From a virus (taxonomy: Duplodnaviria > Caudoviricetes), in IMG/VR virus record IMGVR_UViG_2904399447_000014, positions 25,007-89,006 of that record: DNA of 64,000 bases, one strand, 5' to 3'. The notes beneath the pieces were generated by a model. It made no database searches. It saw only the letters and a list, made by a program, of their open reading frames with translations, and was not told the DNA's origin. The position numbers and the translations under genes are program-made. Below are positions 56,175-64,000 of this stretch, piece by piece. Position 1 is the first letter of the stretch, and each line of letters begins with the position of its first letter.

Positions 56175-56537
56175 TTAAATCACCAACTGGTCGGACTCGA
56201 TTTTGTCCGCCAGCGATATAGCCAACTCTAAGAGAAAGTCCTGTGTGTTGTTGCGCCTTTCAAAATCAGCTTTGCCGCCAACTGTACCGCAGGCATGCAC
56301 CGGAATTAACCAAGGGAAACGCCGGCGGGATTCCAATGGAGCAGCATGCTGGTGGTGCCAAACGCAAAGGGGAAGTATTCGCTTGTGGGCGCCGGGCTTT
56401 ACACGTCCATCTATGTGATGAAGACTGATCTCGTATGATTTTTGTCCGTGAAGTAAGCAGGCGATGCAAGGCAACTTCCCCATTTTGTCCATGAACCGCC
56501 GTTCTTCGGCTGTAGGTGTACGACCGTAGTTTTTCAA
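56175..56537 (-). CDS. ref: Ref RecA-dependent HNH nuclease, lacking the long basic N-terminal tail
   Basis: GRTPTAEERR, LPCIAC, SLHHI.GR, LPLC.WHHQHAAP, PWL.PVHA.G.VGGK match P1 Ref core. Confidence 0.92.
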   Translation of the reverse strand: MKNYGRTPTAEERRFMDKMGKLPCIACLLHGQKSYEISLHHIDGRVKPGAHKRILPLCVWHHQHAAPLESRRRFPWLIPVHACGTVGGKADFERRNNTQDFLLELAISLADKIESDQLVI

Positions 56538-56606
56538 TGTTTACACAATAATTAGTTTATTAGATGGACGATAACAATGTTATTTACCATCGCCCACCAT
56601 TGTGGA

Positions 56607-57392
56607 TTACTCTGCGTTTGCAGCGTTCGGGAGGGCGCTTTCAACACCGTTAGCATCGGCGTTTTCAGCCACTGCTGGGGTTTCCGGTTTTGGTGCGGAG
56701 TCTTCGGTCAATGCTGCCAGGGCGGCTTCAATTTTGGTAGCTGCATCTTCTGGGGAAATGCCGGTCACTGCATATTCATCGAGTTCAGGTACAGGAACAA
56801 CGTCGTCGCCCATGTCGGTATTAGCCAGCATCCAAGCATAGGTATGATCACCCATCCACTGTAGCGACGGCCGCTCCCCTTCAACTTCAGGACGAAGCAG
56901 GTACGCTTTACGGCCGATGCCGGCAACACGTAGAGCAGCAAAGCACACAGCCTGCATAATGGAGTGTGACATTTCGGAAACTGGCTCATTCACACCAACT
57001 TTCAGTCCACTATTCGCCATGTCGTTGGCGCCATAATTGGTGTTTAGTTCTACACGCCATTGGCCTACCAGGTTGCCATTCTCAAAGAGAATAGGTGATA
57101 CAACCAAGCCCAATGAGCGGATTAAACTCTGGCAGAATGCCATATTAGTGAAGGGGTTCAGTTCTGGCATATTTTGGAATGCCGAATAGTCAGGCTCGGT
57201 GCCATCAGCAACCTGCTTGCGAATCCATGCACGTGAACCATCACTTGCAACGAACACATTAGCTGGCCCTTGGCTTGCAACATGGTCGTGTGTCAGTCCG
57301 GCGATCAGTGCCAGCGCGTTTGAGGCTTCCAGATGATTCAACCCTTGTTCGGTAGTGGTCAGTGTGAGGTGTTCATTCAAGCGGTATTTCAT
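56607..57392 (-). CDS. Phage protein, possibly DUF2591/ABA-sandwich-like, with acidic low-complexity tail
   Basis: FNP-like LNPFTN...LIRSLGLVVSP and SIMQAVCFAALR pattern; weak recognition. Confidence 0.45.
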   Translation of the reverse strand: MKYRLNEHLTLTTTEQGLNHLEASNALALIAGLTHDHVASQGPANVFVASDGSRAWIRKQVADGTEPDYSAFQNMPELNPFTNMAFCQSLIRSLGLVVSPILFENGNLVGQWRVELNTNYGANDMANSGLKVGVNEPVSEMSHSIMQAVCFAALRVAGIGRKAYLLRPEVEGERPSLQWMGDHTYAWMLANTDMGDDVVPVPELDEYAVTGISPEDAATKIEAALAALTEDSAPKPETPAVAENADANGVESALPNAANAE

Positions 57393-57721
57393 TGACGTTC
57401 CTTAAATAAATTCAATCGGGAAGGGGCTACGGGGCTGCATTGGTCTTCAAAAGAAGCAGCCACGCTGGAAATGAATGCCCCAAATCTTGCATCACAATCG
57501 GCCATGCCCCGAGCCGCGACCTCTTCAGTTGCCAGCTCGACAAATGCTATGGCACGGTCGATATTTGACATGATGTAATCGATCGCTAGATCACGCAGGG
57601 CCGGGTGATTGGATAGCTCTACGCCTAATACAACCACGGGGGTTCCTGCCTTGACGCCGGCCGTTAATGAGATACGGCGACCGTTCAAATTAAAAACCTT
57701 GCAGGTATGGATTTGAGACAC
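57389..57721 (-). CDS. Hypothetical protein, about 110 aa
   Basis: GTG at 57721 after GGGGG preferred, because the ORF-track ATG at 57757 overlaps a TTAAAC-17-TATAAT promoter. Confidence 0.6.
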   Translation of the reverse strand: MSQIHTCKVFNLNGRRISLTAGVKAGTPVVVLGVELSNHPALRDLAIDYIMSNIDRAIAFVELATEEVAARGMADCDARFGAFISSVAASFEDQCSPVAPSRLNLFKERQ

Positions 57722-57754
57722 AATAACCCCCGATGATTTACGATGATCATTATA

Positions 57755-57775
57755 CATCTAACACTATATTAGTTT
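57755..57775. promoter_or_regulatory. Putative repressor operator inside promoter spacer
   Basis: CATCTAAC-ACTAT-ATTAGTTT lying in the 17-bp spacer of TTAAAC-17-TATAAT (minus strand). Confidence 0.65.
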
Positions 57776-57816
57776 AACAAAACATTTTTTTCTTTACTCC
57801 CCCAATTCAAGCCTGG

Positions 57817-58115
57817 TTACTTTTTCTTCGCGGCTTTTCTCGCAGCATTCAGCTCATCAAACAATGCGCTGTAGTGCTTAACGCGTTCTTCAAGTGCAGA
57901 GATATGGCGTGATTTTTCGGACTCAGGCAAGGAGTTGAAGAGCGATATTAACCTTGATTGCCGATCGTCAAGCTGGAGGGGCAACTCATCTACGGGGATT
58001 GGGCGCTGGGAATCATCACCGTAAAGCAGCCAGGTTGGAGAGCATCGAAGAACTTGGCCGAGAGAAAAGAGGTTCTTTCCCCTTGGCTCGGTTTCACCAT
58101 TTTCCCACTTAAAAA
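57817..58115 (-). pseudogene. DicA-like XRE repressor truncated at its 5' end by IS26
   Basis: KWENGETEPRGKNLFSLGQVLRCSPTWLLYGD...LFNSLPESE...LFDEL..ARK resembles E. coli DicA; the MGSCAAPS... N-terminus in the ORF track is IS26 read backwards. Confidence 0.85.
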
Positions 58116-58935
58116 GGCACTGTTGCAAATAGTCGGTGGTGATAAACTTATCATCCCCTTTTGCTGATGGAGCTGCACATGAACCCATTCAAAGGCCGGC
58201 ATTTTCAGCGTGACATCATTCTGTGGGCCGTACGCTGGTACTGCAAATACGGCATCAGTTACCGTGAGCTGCAGGAGATGCTGGCTGAACGCGGAGTGAA
58301 TGTCGATCACTCCACGATTTACCGCTGGGTTCAGCGTTATGCGCCTGAAATGGAAAAACGGCTGCGCTGGTACTGGCGTAACCCTTCCGATCTTTGCCCG
58401 TGGCACATGGATGAAACCTACGTGAAGGTCAATGGCCGCTGGGCGTATCTGTACCGGGCCGTCGACAGCCGGGGCCGCACTGTCGATTTTTATCTCTCCT
58501 CCCGTCGTAACAGCAAAGCTGCATACCGGTTTCTGGGTAAAATCCTCAACAACGTGAAGAAGTGGCAGATCCCGCGATTCATCAACACGGATAAAGCGCC
58601 CGCCTATGGTCGCGCGCTTGCTCTGCTCAAACGCGAAGGCCGGTGCCCGTCTGACGTTGAACACCGACAGATTAAGTACCGGAACAACGTGATTGAATGC
58701 GATCATGGCAAACTGAAACGGATAATCGGCGCCACGCTGGGATTTAAATCCATGAAGACGGCTTACGCCACCATCAAAGGTATTGAGGTGATGCGTGCAC
58801 TACGCAAAGGCCAGGGCTCAGCATTTTATTATGGTGATCCCCTGGGCGAAATGCGCCTGGTAAGCAGAGTTTTTGAAATGTAAGGCCTTTGAATAAGACA
58901 AAAGGCTGCCTCATCGCTAACTTTGCAACAGTGCC
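58116..58935 (+). mobile_element. IS26 (IS6 family), 820 bp, no target-site duplication
   Basis: 14-bp IRs GGCACTGTTGCAAA at 58116 and TTTGCAACAGTGCC ending 58935; flanks CTTAAAAA and CGCTGATG differ. Confidence 0.98.
58179..58883 (+). CDS. tnpA: IS26 transposase
   Basis: MNPFKGRHFQRDIILWAVRWYCKYGISYRELQEMLAERG...VSRVFEM. Confidence 0.98.
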   Translation: MNPFKGRHFQRDIILWAVRWYCKYGISYRELQEMLAERGVNVDHSTIYRWVQRYAPEMEKRLRWYWRNPSDLCPWHMDETYVKVNGRWAYLYRAVDSRGRTVDFYLSSRRNSKAAYRFLGKILNNVKKWQIPRFINTDKAPAYGRALALLKREGRCPSDVEHRQIKYRNNVIECDHGKLKRIIGATLGFKSMKTAYATIKGIEVMRALRKGQGSAFYYGDPLGEMRLVSRVFEM

Positions 58936-59332
58936 CGCTGATGAGATCCCGCTCAAACTCCGCAATGCCGGAAAGAAACGTCGCCAGCATTCGTCCATAC
59001 GGCGACGAAAGATCGAACGCCATTCCATTCATGGCTATCACGGAAACCTTCCAGTTCTCCAGTTCACGTAGCGTATTGAGCAGATCGAGCGTCGAGCGCC
59101 CCCACCGGGAAAGCTCAGTGACCAGGATTGCATCAATTTGTCTGGACTGGGCAAGCGCCAGGACTTTCTTTCGCTCGGCCCGGTCGAGTTTAGTTCCTGA
59201 ACCTGTTTCCTTAAATATTCCCACCACGTCGTAGCCGGCACGGCCGGCGAAGGCTCGCAGATCAAATTCCTGGCGTTCACAAGACTGATCCGCTGTTGAA
59301 ACCCGGCAGTAAATGGCGGCACGATGTCCCAA
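58936..59332 (-). pseudogene. tnpR: Tn5403-type serine resolvase truncated by IS26
   Basis: AIYCRVSTADQ, VTELSRWGRS, EFERDLIS then IS26 IR; C-terminal HTH lost. Confidence 0.9.
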
Positions 59333-59426
59333 TTGAACCCTCCTGGATTTTTGTATCGGAACGCCCTGATTTATATGGGCTGGCTGTTGTCCAAAACAGA
59401 CTATACTTCAAAAGGGACGAATTTGT

Positions 59427-62324
59427 ATGTCACGACGCCATATTTTCACCGAACGGCAGCGAGCAGCGCTGTTCGATCTGCCCACGGACGAACTGTCGCT
59501 ACTGAAGTTCTACACGCTGGGCGATGATGACCTGGAAAACATTAGGCAGCGCCGCAGACCGGAAAACAGGATTGGCTTTGCCCTGCAACTTTGTGCCTTA
59601 CGATATCCGGGCCGTGCACTGGCTCCTGGTGAGATGATCCCGCGTGAAGTCCTTTCCTTCGTCGGTGCTCAGCTTGGAGTTCCGGCTGATGCGCTTCTCA
59701 CTTATGCCACACGGCGCCAAACCCGTCAGCAGCACATGGACACGCTGCGCGAAATTTACGGCTACAAGACCTTCACGGGCCGTGGTGCCCGTGATCTGCG
59801 GGAGTGGACTTTCGGCCAGGCCGAAGATGCCAGATCAAACGAGGATCTTGCTCATCGTTTTATTGTGCGGTGTCGGGAAACTTCCACCATTCTGCCCGCA
59901 GTATCGACAATCGAGCGCTTGTGCGCGGATGCTCTGGTCGCCGCTGAGCGGCGGATTGAAACGCGGATTGCGGAAAATTTAACAGCGGATGTTCGCGATC
60001 ACCTGGACAAACTTCTGAGTGAAATGCTCGCCGGCAATATCAGTCGTTTCATCTGGCTTCGCAACTTCGAGGTTGGTAACAACTCGGCTGCTGCTAACCG
60101 TTTGCTCGACAGGCTCGAATTTCTGCGTACCCTGAATATCAATCATAGTGCTTTGGCCAGCATACCTGCCCATCGCATTGCCCGGCTGCGTCGGCAGGGT
60201 GAACGCTACTTCACCGACGGTTTGCGTGACATCACTTCGGACCGCCGCTGGGCGATCCTTGCCGTCTGTGTTGTGGAGTGGGAAGCGGCGATTGCTGATG
60301 CCATAGTCGAAACCCATGACAGGATCGTAGGAAAAACCTGGCGGGAAGCGAAGCGCCAGCATGACGAAACAATTTCCGGCTCTAAAGCCACACTCACGGA
60401 TACGATCCGTACCTTCACCGCGCTGGGAGCTTCGTTGCTTGAGGCCCGCAGTGACGGAACCCCGCTGGAGATGGCTGTCGCCAGTTCGGTTGCATGGGAC
60501 CGGCTCGCTCAACTGGTAGCGACAGGGACTCAACTCAGCAACACGCTAGCCGATGAGCCTCTTGCATATGTCGGGCAGGGATACCATCGCTTTCGTCGTT
60601 ATGCGCCCCGCATGTTGCGCTGTCTGAAGCTCGAAGCCGCGCCGGTCGCCGGACCATTGGTAGCAGCAGCTTTGTCGATCGGAGAGATGAAAGGTGTTGC
60701 ATCGCCAGAAAGGCGTTTCCTGCGGCCCAGCTCCAAATGGAACCGTCATTTACGAGCTCAGGAAAAAGGAGATACCCGTCTTTGGGAAGTGGCGGTACTC
60801 TTTCACCTCCGGGATGCTTTTCGTTCCGGAGATGTCTGGCTCGCTCATTCGCGCCGCTATGGTGACCTCAAGCAGGTACTGGTGCCGATGATCGCGGCGC
60901 AGGAAAATGCAAAACTGGCCGTGCCTTCCAACCCACAGGATTGGCTGGCAGACAGAAAGGCGCGACTCACGATCGCTCTTAAGCGGCTGGCCCGGGCTGC
61001 CCGTAACGGCACTATTCCGCACGGTAGCATAGAAGATGGAACGTTGCGGATCGACAGGTTGACAGCAGACGTGCCGGATGGTGCCGAGGCACTCATACTG
61101 GATCTGTATCGCCGAATGCCGTCCGTTCGGATTACCGACATGCTGCTTGAAGTTGATGCAGCCCTTGGTTTCACAGATGCGTTTACCCATCTGAGAACCG
61201 GGGCTCCATGTCGCGACCGGATCGGTCTGCTCAACGTCCTGCTCGCTGAAGGGCTCAATCTGGGCCTGCGTAAGATGGCGGAAGCTACAAACACGCATGA
61301 TTACTGGCAGCTCTCACGCCTTGCCCGCTGGCATGTTGAAAGCGAAGCCATGAACCAGGCATTGGCAATTGTGGTGGCCGCGCAGGGTAAACTGCCGATG
61401 TCACGCGTCTGGGGGATGGGCACGTCAGCATCGAGCGATGGTCAGTTTTTCCCGACAGCGCGGCATGGCGAAGCCATGAACATGGTCAATGCCAAATATG
61501 GTTCTGTTCCCGGCCTCAAAGCGTATACTCACGTAAGCGACCAGTTCGCGCCATTCGCTTGTCAGTCGATCCCGGCGACCGTGAGCGAGGCACCGTATAT
61601 TCTCGATGGACTACTGATGAACGAGGTCGGTCGCCATGTTCGCGAACAGTATGCCGATACAGCAGGATTCACCGACCATTTGTTCGGAGCCAGTAGCCTG
61701 CTCGGCTACAATCTCGTTCTGCGAATCAGGGATCTGCCATTGAAGCGGTTGTACGTATTTAATCCCGATACGACCCCCAGGGAGTTACGCAAGTTGGTAG
61801 GTGGAAAAGCCCGGGAGGATCTTATCGTTGCGAACTGGCCTGATATTTTCCGTTGTGCCGCGACGATGACCGCTGGCAAAATCAGGCCCAGCCAACTCCT
61901 GCGCAAGCTCGCTTCTTACCCACGACAAAACAACCTTGCAGTTGCGCTTCGTGAAGTTGGTCGTATTGAACGGACCCTTTTCATTATTGAGTGGATCCTG
62001 GATACGGACATGCAGCGGCGTGCTCAGATCGGTCTTAACAAGGGAGAGGCCCACCATGCGCTCAAAAATGCGCTCCGTATCGGGAGGCAGGGGGAAATTC
62101 GCGATCGCACGACAGAGGGGCAGCACTACCGAATCGCTGGGCTCAATTTATTGACTGCGGTGATCATTTACTGGAATACCGTCCATCTTGGTCATGCCGT
62201 CACGGAGCGGCGGAACGAAGGGTTGGATGTTCCCCCTGAATGTCTTCCCCACATATCCCCATTGGGCTGGGCGCACATTCTACTGACTGGCGAATATCTT
62301 TGGCCCAAGGAACCGAAAGCTTAG
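59427..62324 (+). CDS. tnpA: Tn3-family transposase (Tn5403-type)
   Basis: MSRRHIFTERQRAALFDLPTDE..., SSDGQ, YADTAG, LNKGEAHH, SPLGWAHI. Confidence 0.95.
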   Translation: MSRRHIFTERQRAALFDLPTDELSLLKFYTLGDDDLENIRQRRRPENRIGFALQLCALRYPGRALAPGEMIPREVLSFVGAQLGVPADALLTYATRRQTRQQHMDTLREIYGYKTFTGRGARDLREWTFGQAEDARSNEDLAHRFIVRCRETSTILPAVSTIERLCADALVAAERRIETRIAENLTADVRDHLDKLLSEMLAGNISRFIWLRNFEVGNNSAAANRLLDRLEFLRTLNINHSALASIPAHRIARLRRQGERYFTDGLRDITSDRRWAILAVCVVEWEAAIADAIVETHDRIVGKTWREAKRQHDETISGSKATLTDTIRTFTALGASLLEARSDGTPLEMAVASSVAWDRLAQLVATGTQLSNTLADEPLAYVGQGYHRFRRYAPRMLRCLKLEAAPVAGPLVAAALSIGEMKGVASPERRFLRPSSKWNRHLRAQEKGDTRLWEVAVLFHLRDAFRSGDVWLAHSRRYGDLKQVLVPMIAAQENAKLAVPSNPQDWLADRKARLTIALKRLARAARNGTIPHGSIEDGTLRIDRLTADVPDGAEALILDLYRRMPSVRITDMLLEVDAALGFTDAFTHLRTGAPCRDRIGLLNVLLAEGLNLGLRKMAEATNTHDYWQLSRLARWHVESEAMNQALAIVVAAQGKLPMSRVWGMGTSASSDGQFFPTARHGEAMNMVNAKYGSVPGLKAYTHVSDQFAPFACQSIPATVSEAPYILDGLLMNEVGRHVREQYADTAGFTDHLFGASSLLGYNLVLRIRDLPLKRLYVFNPDTTPRELRKLVGGKAREDLIVANWPDIFRCAATMTAGKIRPSQLLRKLASYPRQNNLAVALREVGRIERTLFIIEWILDTDMQRRAQIGLNKGEAHHALKNALRIGRQGEIRDRTTEGQHYRIAGLNLLTAVIIYWNTVHLGHAVTERRNEGLDVPPECLPHISPLGWAHILLTGEYLWPKEPKA

Positions 62325-62357
62325 GGTGTCATTTCGCCCTCAGCCGGAACCGACCCC

Positions 62358-63817
62358 ATAAAGGCGTGCAACAGTTGGCGGTCCAGCTAGATGAAACCTG
62401 GAAAACCGTCGCATCCCGCTTTGAAGGAAATGCGGAGGTTCATATTTGCCATGACGGTAAACATCCTTCCCTGACTATCAGCAGCCTGGAGAAACTGGAG
62501 GAGCCAACATCGTTGCATCGTCTCAACAGTCGGGTAAGGCTGCTACTCCCGCCAGTAGATTTGACGGAACTGTTGCTTGAAATAGATGCCAGAACGGGAT
62601 TTACACGTGAGTTTACGCATGTCAGTGAATCCGGGGCCCGGGCACAGGATCTGCACATCAGCCTGTGCGCGGTCCTGATGGCAGAGGCCTGCAATATCGG
62701 GCTGGAACCGCTGATAAAGCACAATATACCGGCGCTGACGCGCCACCGGCTTAGCTGGGTAAAACAGAATTACCTCCGGGCAGAAACGCTGGTCAGCGCC
62801 AATGCCCGCCTGGTTGATTTTCAGTCCACACTGGAGCTTGCTGGCCGCTGGGGTGGTGGCGAAGTGGCTTCAGCTGATGGCATGCGCTTTGTCACGCCGG
62901 TGAAAACCGTCAATTCAGGACCTAACAGAAAATATTTTGGTTCCGGACGTGGCATCACCTGGTACAACTTCGTCTCTGATCAGTACTCTGGATTCCACGG
63001 CATCGTTGTCCCCGGCACATTACGAGATTCCATTTTTGTGCTGGAAGGCCTTCTGGAGCAGCAGACAGGGCTGAATCCGGTTGAGATCATGACAGACACA
63101 GCCGGTACCAGCGACATTATTTTTGGCCTCTTCTGGCTGCTGGGATACCAGTTTTCCCCCCGGCTTGCCGATGCCGGTGAAGCGGTATTCTGGCGAGTGG
63201 ATAAATCGGCAAATTACGGTGCACTGGACGAACTGGCACGTGGTTGTGCCGATCTGTCGAAAGCCGAGGATCAGTGGGATGAGATGATGCGAACCGCCGG
63301 TTCGCTGAAACTGGGCACCATTCATGCTTCAGAACTCATTCGCTCTTTGCTGAAAAGCTCGCGCCCATCAGGGCTGGCACAGGCGATCATGGAAGTGGGG
63401 CGCGTCAACAAGACGCTGTACCTTCTTAATTATATTGATGATGAGGATTATCGTCGGCGGATCCTGACGCAGCTAAACCGGGGGGAAGGCCGCCATGCTG
63501 TGGCGAGGGCGATCTGCTACGGGCAGCGCGGTGAGATCAGAAAGCGCTATCGTGAAGGTCAGGAAGATCAGCTGGGGGCACTGGGCCTGGTCACTAACGC
63601 AGTGGTACTGTGGAACACACTTTATATGCAGGAAGCCCTGAGCTGGATACGCAGTAATGGAGAAGAAATCGGGGTTGAAGATATCGCCCGGTTGTCCCCA
63701 CTGATGCACGGGCATATCAATATGCTGGGGCATTATACGTTTACGCTACCGGAGGATATTTTGAAGGGGGAACTGAGAGAACTAAATTTCAATTTAAACA
63801 ATGAATTAACTTCTTAG
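62358..63817 (+). pseudogene. tnpA: 3' part of a second Tn3-family transposase (Tn1000/Tn3000-like), interrupted by Tn5403
   Basis: SADGMRF, MTDTAG, LNRGEGRH, LSPLMHGHINMLGHY; no native start. Confidence 0.9.
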
Positions 63818-63850
63818 CGTACGTTTTCGTTCCATTGGCTCTCAAACCCC
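63813..63850. repeat. 38-bp terminal IR of the second Tn3-family element
   Basis: Reverse complement GGGGTTTGAGAGCCAATGGAACGAAAACGTACGCTAAG, Tn1000-like. Confidence 0.92.
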
Positions 63851-63976
63851 TGCATCGAGGGTTGACCCTAGTTCGAGATCGACGAGATTGCCGTCCTTGA
63901 CGCGGTATTCGCGGTCATAGCCTTTGGCGATGAATGACTGGACTGCTTCTAGAACGTCGGTCACCTGGGAGGTCAT
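63851..63976 (-). pseudogene. 5' fragment (42 codons) of a gene interrupted by the Tn3-family IR
   Basis: MTSQVTDVLEAVQSFIAKGYDREYRVKDGNLVDLELGSTLDA runs into the IR; GAAGG RBS. Confidence 0.55.
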
Positions 63977-64000
63977 GGAAGCACCTTCATCTTGAACTGG

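Larger units (their letters stand above)
1..58115. mobile_element. P1-related phage-plasmid (partial; runs off the left edge, cut by IS26 on the right)
   Basis: P1-like gene order: darB, prt, pro, ddrB-ddrA-darA-hdf-lydB-lydA, tail fibre, R, 16, bplA, pmgA, sit, pmgB, tub, pmgC, bplB, pmgG, 21, 22, 23, rep, and 5-6-24-7-25-26; iteron plasmid replicon embedded among virion genes. Confidence 0.95.
58936..62357 (+). mobile_element. Tn5403-like Tn3-family transposon, resolvase end deleted
   Basis: Divergent tnpR/tnpA; 38-bp terminal IR CTTAGGGTGTCATTTCGCCCTCAGCCGGAACCGACCCC at 62320-62357. Confidence 0.88.

Noticed and set aside
58116-58188. MGSCAAPSAKGDDKFITTDY N-terminus on the repressor ORF
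   Set aside because: Derived from IS26 read on the minus strand, not native repressor sequence
57990-58706. 238-aa ORF antisense to IS26
   Set aside because: Shadow ORF of the transposase
62240-62357. 525-aa ORF starting inside Tn5403 and running into the second tnpA
   Set aside because: Chance in-frame fusion across the IR with no RBS; treated as a truncated pseudogene

Overview
Bases 1-58115 are a P1-related temperate phage-plasmid of an enterobacterium. Bases 58116-64000 are a block of transposons (IS26, a Tn5403-like element and a second Tn3-family remnant) joined to it by IS26. Homology calls rest on my recollection of P1 proteins and on synteny; no searches were run. The phage part carries the Dar anti-restriction genes (darB, hdf, darA, ddrA, ddrB, hxr), portal, prohead protease, a RepL-like lytic initiator, a lambda-R-type endolysin, holin/antiholin, spanins, a non-invertible 1506-aa tail fibre, the contractile tail and baseplate genes, and a major capsid protein with a C-terminal Ig-like domain. 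It also carries an iteron replicon (RepA/RepFIB family), two toxin-antitoxin pairs, LexA-controlled umuDC, dam, rdgC and a short ref. Relative to P1 there is no immI region, no cin/invertible segment and no parAB beside rep. Main observations: (1) an in-phase A_AAA_AAG site at the capsid/Ig junction whose -1 frame stops after one codon, predicting a plain and an Ig-bearing capsid protein from one gene; (2) a CTAAT-N5-ATTAG palindrome before five non-virion genes, next to a DicA-like repressor gene that IS26 has truncated; (3) nine copies of a late-promoter motif AACTCACTT-N4-TANNNT; (4) a zincin HExxH domain on DdrB; (5) a degenerate terminase-like ATPase; (6) an uncalled 50-aa ORF between pmgB and sit; (7) a candidate ~80-nt sRNA.
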